From Fonticula alba ATCC 38817 (lineage: Eukaryota > Protista > Nucleariida): a DNA stretch of 30,461 bases. The notes below the pieces were generated by a model, which saw only the letters and a list, made by a program, of their open reading frames with translations, was not told the origin of the DNA and did not search any database. The position numbers and the translations under genes are program-made. The stretch lies in the NCBI GenBank assembly GCA_000388065.2, contig KB932207.1; one strand, 5' to 3'. The number at the start of each line of letters is the position of its first letter. The stretch's first letter is position 1. Below are positions 22,226 to 30,461 of this stretch, piece by piece.

Positions 22226-22856
22226 GCGGGGCAGCGTGTTGGACATACTTCTCGAGTATGCGTGAGATCACTCTCGCGGTGCGACAGCTGGAGCCGACTC
22301 TCGGCCAGCTGATCCAGTAGCGACTGCTTGGCCTCCTCCAGGCGCTCTAGGCGCGCTTGCAGGTGATTTGCCTGCTCCTCGAGCTTCTCATTGATGAACT
22401 TGCACGAATCCAGCTGGGCAGACTGCGCGACAANNNNNNNNNNNNNNNNNNNNNNNNNNNNNNNNNNNNNNNNNNNNNNNNNNNNNNNNNNNNNNNNNNN
22501 NNNNNNNNNNNNNNNNNNNNNNNNNNNNNNNNNNNNNNNNNNNNNNNNNNNNNNNNNNNNNNNNNNNNNNNNNNNNNNNNNNNNNNNNNNNNNNNNNNNN
22601 NNNNNNNNNNNNNNNNNNNGCAGACGGACGACGCAGGGAAGAAGCAAAATGGGGGACATGGGGGGGGGGGGGGCGGGGGGGGGGGCAGTACAAAGACACG
22701 AACCTCCTCGGGGTGGCTTATAGCCGGCGAGGAGCCGGTCACAGAAGACCCTCCCCAGCCGGAGGGACTCTCATTGACTGAGGACATCGAGTAGAGGCTG
22801 TCGGGCTCGTGGTCAATGGCCTCGAACCCGTCCAGCGGTGAGCTGTGGGTGGACAT
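18831..22856 (-). CDS. Hypothetical coiled-coil protein (>=~1030 aa) with a long disordered middle and C-terminal CaaX box (CLIM)
   Basis: Model: complement(join(18831..19151,19358..21543,21640..21727,21849..22019,22249..>22433,22704..22856)); one acceptor lies in the N-gap. A Ser-rich head (MSTHSSPLDGF...) is followed by a heptad-like rod (EKLEEQANHLQARLERLEEAKQSLLDQLAESRLQL...LEAEIDTLRPLTAEVSRLRR). An Ala/Ser/Pro-rich region and a short C-terminal helix follow, ending SAQCLIM*. Junction phases are consistent. Confidence 0.8.
22434..22619. other. Assembly gap (186 N) interrupting the 5' part of the coiled-coil gene
   Basis: Run of N. Confidence 1.
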
Positions 22857-23659
22857 CCCCCAGTGGACGGCCCAAGGGCAGGGGGTGTGTGGAGGGGGAG
22901 GAGAGAGAGAGAGAGAGGGAGGGGGATCGAGTCCGGTGGAGAGGCGGCAACGAAAGGGCAAGAAAGGGGCACGGAGGGAGGGAGGGAGGAGGGGGGGAGA
23001 GAACGGGGGCTGAACCCGCGCGGGAGGGAGGAGATGGGCAAGTTTTTGGGCAACCCGCGGCCGGGCGCTTTTGGGGGGGGGGGAGGGGGTGGCCGAAAAG
23101 AAAACACACGGACGCTCCTATTTTCCGGGGACCCGGGCGAGAGGGAGCATGGTAAAAGGAGGGAGGGGGGGGGGGGCAGGCAACCATGGGGCTAATTGAA
23201 ACCGATCTCCGGCGCCCCGCGCTGGTGCCCGTGCGAGGTGTTGTGCCCCCGCCGGCAACGGTCAAGAATCCCAGCTGGCAATCTGCCTCCGGTGAAACCG
23301 CCCTGGTCCGGGCGTGCCCACCCACGGGGGAGCAGGAGGGGCGGCGGGCTGCGGCCGGCGGCCGAGGGTGGAGTGGAGTTTCCTTAACTCTCGCCGCAAT
23401 CCAAGGCCTTGCCGGGAACGCGACCGCCCTTGTGGCCGGCTCCATCGCAGTTTCGCGGTCCCCGCTCCAAAGCCGGGGAGAGACCGGGAGGCCTCATTCG
23501 TTGGCAATTCCCATGCCTGGGAGGCTCTCTCCAGTCGCTATGCCAACAACTCCGCGACGCGCACCGGGCACCCACACACCCGCTCAAGAGCCCGTGGCCT
23601 GGAGATGCGCCCGCCTCTCTGGAGGGGGTCCGCGCGGCCGCGCGCTTCCGTACACGCAT

Positions 23660-23660
<1 letters not shown>

Positions 23661-23710
<50 letters not shown>

Positions 23711-23711
23711 C
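23661..23711 (+). repeat. (CACG)~13 tetranucleotide microsatellite
   Basis: Seen directly in the sequence. Confidence 0.9.
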
Positions 23712-23726
23712 CGCGCAGCCCCCCCC

Positions 23727-23810
23727 NNNNNNNNNNNNNNNNNNNNNNNNNNNNNNNNNNNNNNNNNNNNNNNNNNNNNNNNNNNNNNNNNNNNNNNNNN
23801 NNNNNNNNNN
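23727..23810. other. Assembly gap (84 N)
   Basis: Run of N. Confidence 1.
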
Positions 23811-24167
23811 CCGCCTCTGCGCCATACATCTGCCCCTGTGCTCTTTCCTGCCTGCCGCCTGGCCGTCGATCGTCTGCCCCCATGCACCGGCCTCTCGGCG
23901 ATTCGCCACCATCACTCTTCCCTCCGGATGGTACCCTGTTGCCTTGGGTCGGGAGCCTGCTCTGTGCACATTGCCTTCGCGCTTGGCCCCCGCTGACCCA
24001 TGTTCTGTGTCTCCTCCTTCCCTCGCTCTCTCGCTCTCTCGCTCTCTCGCTCTCTCGCTCGCTCTCTCTCTCTCCTGGGGTCAGATCTCCCGCCTCTTCC
24101 ACCGGTCAGCCTCGGGGCACCGGTACTTCTGGTCGGGCAGCCAGCTCCCACTCTCTCCTCGCCGACC

Positions 24168-24512
24168 ATGACCCCGGTCCTTTTGGATGAGGAGCCTGAG
24201 CAAGACGAGCCGATGGCCTCGCTGTCCGTGGTGCCGGAGCCCGAGCCGGCCCCCGGGGCGGCCTCCATGCCGGAGCTGGAGCCGGGGTCCGAGGCGACAC
24301 CCACGCCGGGGCCCGACCATGCTGAGTCCTTTACCCCCTCATCCGAGCCAAGTGCGTCACTCGCCCTCACTCGCTGCCACTCGCTGCCACACCACTGCCA
24401 CTGGGCCTGGTATACCGAGACCCACAGAGACTGGGAGGCGGGATGAGGCTGCTCTGTCTCTCCCCTCGAGGATGCACCACCTCCGACCATCTCACGCATC
24501 CACACGTTCACC

Positions 24513-24579
<67 letters not shown>

Positions 24580-25661
24580 ACTGCGCACCGCACAGATGGC
24601 ACATGGGAGTCTCCGGAGCTGGGACCCTCGCCGGTCGCGTCCAGGTCCACCCCCCCGGGCGGGGACTCCCCGATGGCTTTCAGCTCGGACATGACTACCG
24701 ATGATACTGCGGCCCCGACGGCGGCCACCTCTCCCTCGTCCGCTGCTGTCCATGAGCAAGGGGACAATGAGGAGGATGCTGCGCGCGCGGAAGACGACAG
24801 CGACAGCGACAGCGATTCCGAGGAGGACTTCACTTGGTCCGCCCCCACCCCGGCGCGTCCGCGACGGCCGAAGTACCATCCAAGTGACAACGAGTCGGAC
24901 GACGACGACGACGACGACGACGATAGTGGCCACCACCGCAGCATCCTGGATGGGGCGCGCGAATATGACCGGACCGAGACCGCCCGTCTGGACATGCTCC
25001 AAACGATTGAGGATGTACCTGGCGCACTTCCCCCACTTCCTTCCCCCCGCCCCCCATTTGCTGCCTTGCCTGTCTCTGACCTGAGTCTGCATTTGCCCCA
25101 GCAACTGATCCGGCTTCTGGAGGTGGCTGGCGATGCGGCCGACGAGCTCGGCGGCAATCTCGACACCCTGCGAGACGCCTCATCGTTGGACCATGCCAAT
25201 GACCACCTGCCCGACTATATGGACGCCTTGTCCCAGTACCTGATCAACATTCAGGGGGCCGAGCCTCTCCTGCGTGAGTTCCTCGGCCTGGTTGATGTGC
25301 GTACGGCCTGTCGCAGAGGCGGAATGGGGCATCTGCATTTTCGTTCGGGCCTTCCTGTGTGCTTCTGCTCCTTTCTCTTCCCCCCCAAGGCTCCCCTTCC
25401 CCAACTGACAAGCTCCCCCCCCCCCCCTCCCCGCCTGCCCCGGCTCCTCGTCTACAGTCGATAGAGAGCCAGACCAAGGTTGCCATCCTGACAGCGGCCA
25501 CAGCGGAGGCCCCCTTCCAAGCCAACTCCTACCTTGAGGAGAAGACCTACGAGCTGCAGGCCATTACCGCTTCGCTCGGGCGCCAGGAACTGGATAAGCT
25601 CCTGGACAAGATTGACCGGACCCTGTTTGATCATTACACGCAGAAGACTGGGTCTGAGTGA
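24168..25661 (+). CDS. MED11: Mediator subunit 11 homolog with long acidic N-terminal extension, ~333 aa (start tentative)
   Basis: Model: join(24168..24351,24596..25014,25102..25296,25458..25661). ARLDMLQTIED|QLIRLLEVAGDAADELG matches the MED11 pattern [44 protein letters not shown]...APFQANSYLEEKTYEL matches FTASVQHVEAEL..QI...QPHEGSSYSSRK. Both comparisons are from memory. Confidence 0.78.
24515..24579 (+). repeat. (GCC)~21 trinucleotide repeat in MED11 intron 1
   Basis: Seen directly; lies between the GTGCGT donor (24352) and the CAG acceptor (24593-24595). Confidence 0.9.
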
Positions 25662-25716
25662 AATAGACGGACCGATCGGGAGATCTCCCAACCCTTCATC
25701 TACACTGGTATATTGC

Positions 25717-25800
25717 CGCGCGCGCGCGCGCGCGCGCGTGCGCGTGCGCGTGCATATGTATGTGCACGTGCATCGTGCGTGCGTGCGTGCGTGCGTGCGT

Positions 25801-25832
<32 letters not shown>
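25717..25832 (+). repeat. Compound microsatellite (CG)n/(CGTG)n/(GT)n between the convergent MED11 and PIGO 3' ends
   Basis: Seen directly in the sequence. Confidence 0.85.
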
Positions 25833-25833
<1 letters not shown>

Positions 25834-25887
25834 TGCGATAGTGATGGTGGTGGTAGACACAGGGGAGTGGGGAAGGAAGAAGAACCC

Positions 25888-28800
25888 TCACAGCCGCAGG
25901 GGCGTTTGTAGCCAGGCCCCTAGGAACACCTCCGTGAGGAACCCGGCCCCGTGTGCGAGAACCATGATGACGAACCTGGTCAAGAAGGTGTGAGCTCGTG
26001 GGTGGAACATAGGAAATAGAGGCAGGGAGGGAGAGAGGGAGAGAGCGGGAAGAAAAGGAAAGGTGGATGGTGGCCAGGGGAGGGAGAACAGCCGGAAAAG
26101 GCGCCCAAGGTGCGCGCAAATAAAGCGCCAGCATCGTACCGCGGGGCAAAGACACTCCAGATGAAAAGGTGCCGTCGGAGGATGGCCGTGGCCACCACCG
26201 TGCAGACAATGGCCAATAGATCGATGGCACAGGCGGCGGCCGAGGTGACACGCAGCCGGGCCCCGGCGTCGGAAGCTTCGAGCCCGGGCCCGGCGAACCA
26301 CGCGGCCAGGAAATGTGCCCGAAGGACCCAAGCCCCGAAGAGGGCCATGCAGATGAGCCCCCCACTCAGGACCATGTGTGCCCGGTGGAGGCCGATGAAG
26401 CCGGGCCACCATTGAATCGAGGCGAAGACCGTCTGGTGGCCGGTCTTGAAGAAAAGGTGCAACGCCAAAAATGACAGGATCCCCCCGCCCAGGAGGCCCT
26501 GATGCAGGGGAGCACGATCGCGAGAATGCCCGGGCCGCTGGCCGGGCATCGAAGGAGACCCCACCGGCAGGGGGATGCACGCCAGGACGCCAATCCAAAC
26601 ATGGCACACTCCCGGCCCGCTGAGCAGCTTGCATAGGCTCAGCAGCGCAGCCAGTCGCGCGAGCAAGCCATCTTGCACAACCTGGCGAGGGTTCGGGTGG
26701 GTGCGCCCGCCGGGCCAAATGTACGTGGCTGCGAGCAGGAGGTACAGCGCGCGGGGAGGCCACTGACAAGGGGCCAAACAGGCGACGGGAAGGCAATCGA
26801 GGGGGTGGGGAGTGGATGTGTGTGTGTGTGTTAGGGTCATAGAGGGCGAGGGAGGGGAGAGAGTAGCGGGGAAGAGGCGGAGGGAGGGAAGGAAGGAAAG
26901 GGCAACACAGGTTGGAGAGTCGCGCCAGGTAGAGAGGAGGCACAAGAAGAGCATGGCGGAGGAGGAGGAGCGGGGCGGCACGCGGATCACGGACCAGGTG
27001 AGCCAAATCCAGCCAAACCGGAGCAGCGTTCTCACCGGACAAGAGACTGTCGCGCCAGCGTGACAGGCCCCACCACGCCAGGATGGCACTCCCGGCAAGG
27101 GTATACACGACGAATGCCCGCGATCGCAAGGCCCGACCAACACTGCGATCGCCGCGCACACACACCAATGCCACCGCCAAGGCCAGGCACTCCAGCGGGA
27201 AGACGGCCAGCTGGTGTGGACCATGGTTCCACAGGGGATCCGCCTGGCGCGTGGGGCTCACGAGGAAGTCCCACAGCGCAATACCCAGGGACGGAAGGGG
27301 GGCGCCCGGGTCGGCTGTCGATGCGGGAAGTCCGGCCGCGTGGGCGGTCGGCGAAAAGAGCAAACTCGGGTCGTCATCATTCGATGCCCGTAAAAAGACC
27401 AGCCCCGGGGCCAGCAGGCGGAAGATCACCAATGGCGCCAGGGCCTGGATACTGGCTCCGGTCTGCGGATCAGGGCAATGTCAGGCCAAGCGGGCTCCCT
27501 GGGAAGGGTAAAAGTGGCCGGGAGGGGCCGGGGCGAAGGGGCAGGGGGGCGGGAGCCCTGGCCAAAAGCACGCACATTGCCTTGGCGCAAGTGTGACCAG
27601 GCCAGAATGACCAGCAAACTGGATAAAGCCCACCAAGTGACGTCGGCCTCGGCGGCAATGAAGCTGTTGGAGAAGGGCTGCGCGGCCACGGCCAGGGCGA
27701 TGGTCACCAATGTCACAAGTGTCTGGATGAGGTTTGAGGCGCACGGGGGGGGGGGGGGGGGCATGGGGCATCAGTTGAGATGGAGAGCAGGCGCAAGGGA
27801 ATCGGCCCACCGACAGCGAGAAAGGGGTGGACTTGCTCTGGTGGCCAGGCAGAAGGCCCACGCACAGAGACGCGGAGGCCACGCTGACACGCGGGAGAAT
27901 GTGCCGGGGCCGCCGGGGCGACAGCCATGTTCATGTTCTTTTCGGCGACCGCCGAGCCCGAGAAGGCGGATGCCAGCCACCAAATCAGCACCCCGGCCAG
28001 CGCACACACGCCGAGCCCCAGTCGCGTGGTGTCGAACTCGGCCCACGCCCGGCGACAGCGCAGCCCGGTGGCATGGAGGAAAGTCCGAGTGAGACGGTTG
28101 CACCGGGCCAGCGGCCGGTCATCGATGTCGGCACCCGGCCCGGAAGAGGGGAGGCCCGCCGAGGAGAGCATGGTCTCGGGGCTGAGCGTCTCGCCGAGGA
28201 GCACACGCGTGAAGGCAACCTCATAGCAGAACTCCAATTCGGCAAAGGCGGACACCAGCTCGACAAGGGAGGGGATCCCCCCGGCAGTGGCGTACGTCTG
28301 CCCGGCAGCCACGGGACACGCCTCATGGTCCGGGGCGGCGGTGTGTGCATGCAGCACCGGCCAAACGGCCTCCGGGTTGCCAGTTCGCCGGGCATCGGCC
28401 AGCTTAATGGCCAAGTCTCGGCGACCAGGGTGCCGGTCGGTAGCCAGGGCTTCAGGCGCATCGGCCAGCTGCTGCTGCTGCTGTTGCTGCCGCTGCTGCT
28501 GCTGCTGACTGCCCCCGGGGGCGGCATAATGGGACAAGAAGCGAACCACCTGCCGGAGGGTGGCTCGCAGGGCGGCAGCCTCGGTGGTATGTGAGCCTGG
28601 GAAGGCCCGGGAATCGAAGCAGCCAGGGGGGGGGGGGGGGGGGGGGGGCGCATGTGAGTCGGGGCCGAGACAGGCCAAGCCCGCGGCGCCGCATGCGCAT
28701 ACGCACTTGTGAACAGCCCCTCGATGGGGACACCGAGAGAACTGAAGGGAATCGGAACGCCAGTCAACAGGGCCAATGTCGGAACGTAGTCCGTTTGGAA

Positions 28801-30227
28801 GATCGGCTCCCCGACCGGCGGGGGTACACAGGTCCCAGCCTCGTCCAGCAGGCCGACGGCCCGGCCATCACAAGCAGCCCCGCCGCTCGGGGCCCAAACC
28901 CACAGGGCACTTGTGGTCTCGGGCAGGGTGTCTCCCCCGTGGTCGCCGGTGACGGTCATCCCGTGGTCGCCCAGCACCAGGAGGGCCGTGCTGCCGGGCA
29001 ACTGGGGAATGGCAGAGGTCAGGGCCTGGAGAAAGCGCTCGACCTGGTGGATTTTGCGCTCGAGCGCTCCGGATGGGTGGTGTGGCCCGAGACGATGGCC
29101 AACATGGTCCAGGCCCAGCATATGGCCGATAAGCACATCCCAGCTTGGGCCTGAGCGGCGGTCGGTCAGTGGCAAGATGCGCAGCCGGGGGAGGAGGGAG
29201 GCGGGGGACCAAAGAGCAGGACATCGACCGGGCATCAGGAAAGGCGGCACGACAGAACAGAGCGAGCGAGGCAGGACGCACTGCCGCTGACCGGGATGTG
29301 GTCCACCCACTCGGCGAGACCGTCAAACCCCTGGAGGATGTCCGGGTCATGGAGCTCCAGGCACCGAGCGAAGTAGCGGATGACCGCGGCGTCGACCGTG
29401 TCCAAGTCGGCCACGTCGAAGCTCGGCAGCGCCAACACCTGGCTGCAGGCCGAGCGCCCGGCTGGCTGGGGCGGCTCCCCCTCGCGCATCGGAGCCACCC
29501 CGCCCAGGCGGCCCTCCGGGAAGAGCCCGACCCAGGTGTCGTCGCCGACGAAGCGCACCGCCCGACCGGCCCGGCGCCATGCGTCGGGCAGGGAATCCTC
29601 GCCGACAGCACGCGCGGCGAAGTTCGATCCCGCCTCCACGAAGGCCGGCAGCCCGCCGGTATTGAGGGCCTTCAGGCGCTGGAGAGTGGTGGTCGGGGCA
29701 TCGGCGATGAATTGCCGGAGCATGGTCCGGTCGGGCTGGCTGTCGAGCAGACGCCCCGGGGTGTGGAGAGCTGGCAGGGGCGTGGTGGCGGCGGAGAAGC
29801 CGGCCCCAAAGTTGGCATCCGCAAAGTCATACCGCAGGGCATCCACCAGCAGGACAATCACCCGATCGAAGGGGCGCAGGACTCGGCGCGCCTGGATGGC
29901 CAGGCGCCCAGCCAAGTGGTCCATTTGCTGGTGAAGGGCGGCCCCATGGGCAGGGCACTGGTGCCGGGTGTCGAGCAGGGGCAGCGGCTTCCAGGCTGGC
30001 ATGCTGCCCACCGGCTGGTCGGCCGGGTGTCCGGCCAGTGGCTGGGTCAGATCCGGGAGCGCCACACCGAAGGCAATGTCCCCCCAATCGGCTGGTCGAT
30101 CGACCGGGGTCCGAGTCAGCAGGAATCCCTCGGCGAAAAGCCACACCCCGATTGCCAGGAACAGGGCAAACATGGTGCGTGCGGCCAGCCCGGCGCCCGG
30201 GCCTGGCCGCAGCAGGGGGAGGGTCAT
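25888..30227 (-). CDS. PIGO: GPI ethanolamine phosphate transferase 3 (PIG-O/Gpi13), 7 exons, ~1148 aa
   Basis: Model: complement(join(25888..25975,26140..26762,26995..27462,27576..27722,27866..28596,28707..29150,29282..30227)). Motifs: TM-GFLLTR, VLLVDALRYDF, ADAPTTTLQRLKALNTGGLPAFVEAGSNF, GDDTW, PSFDVADLDTVD, HMLGLDHVGH, GDHGMTVTGDHGG, QTDYVPTLALLTGVPIPFSSLG, CRRAWAEFD, SNSFIAAE, FFKTGHQTVFASIQW, RRHLFIWSVFAPRF. Donors at 27865 and 26994 are best-fit choices. Confidence 0.95.
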
Positions 30228-30461
30228 GCGTGGAGAGGCGATCCGAGAACTGGGGCCTCGGGTCAGGTTGTGGGAGGGAGCAAGAGGCCGGCGGGGGGGG
30301 GGGGGGAGGGGGGGAGGAGAGATGCAGGCTGCGGGTATGTTGAGAAGGCCAAGGGGAGGGGGGATATCAAACACAGCCTCACCCAATGACAAAAAGCACC
30401 GGCTGATCTGTCTGTGTGGGCAAAGGGACAGGCGCGCACAGAGAGAGAGAGAGAGAGAGAG

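Noticed and set aside
23186-24190. 334-aa + ORF (MGLIETDLRRPAL...) and overlapping ORFs running through N-gaps
   Set aside because: Their length is inflated by reading through Ns and (CACG)n. No domain or supported splice link to MED11 was found; they may be UTR or promoter sequence.
348-30227. Possible functional cluster of SUMF1 with PIG-O (sulfatase/alkaline-phosphatase fold), or of LSM8 with NUFIP1 (snRNP/snoRNP)
   Set aside because: This is a eukaryotic genome with no operon evidence. PIG-O has no CxPxR formylglycine motif, and adjacency of housekeeping genes is expected by chance.
1-30461. CRISPR arrays, transposons, tRNA/rRNA genes, prokaryotic operons
   Set aside because: There is no repeat-spacer periodicity, no transposase/RT/integrase motif or terminal repeat, and no recognisable cloverleaf or rRNA. 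All repeats are simple-sequence tracts.

Overview
GC-rich eukaryotic scaffold, intron-dense and gene-dense, with three N-gaps. It is not prokaryotic, and I saw no CRISPR array, RNA gene or mobile element. From memory the poly-C/CA-rich intron style resembles an opisthokont protist such as Fonticula alba; this is unverified. Manual splicing (GT-AG, phase-consistent) gives eight supported genes: SUMF1/FGE (-), LSM8 (+), NUFIP1/Rsa1-like with a CCCH finger (+), a ~2114-aa predicted mitochondrial protein (+), a p47/Shp1-type SEP-UBX protein (+), a >=1030-aa coiled-coil protein ending in CaaX 'CLIM' (-), MED11 (+) and PIGO/GPI13 (-). There is also a poorly resolved small minus-strand gene near 6.36-7.1 kb. 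Three leads stand out. First, the giant mitochondrial-type protein carries an mS45/Bot1/GCD1-like helix-turn-helix segment. Second, the CDK-site-rich, prenylatable coiled-coil protein is a lamin-like or nucleoskeletal candidate. Third, the 5' splice consensus is GT(G/A)CG(T/C), with +4C in 30 of 33 donors and no +4A. All homology calls rest on motif recognition by eye; no database searches were run.
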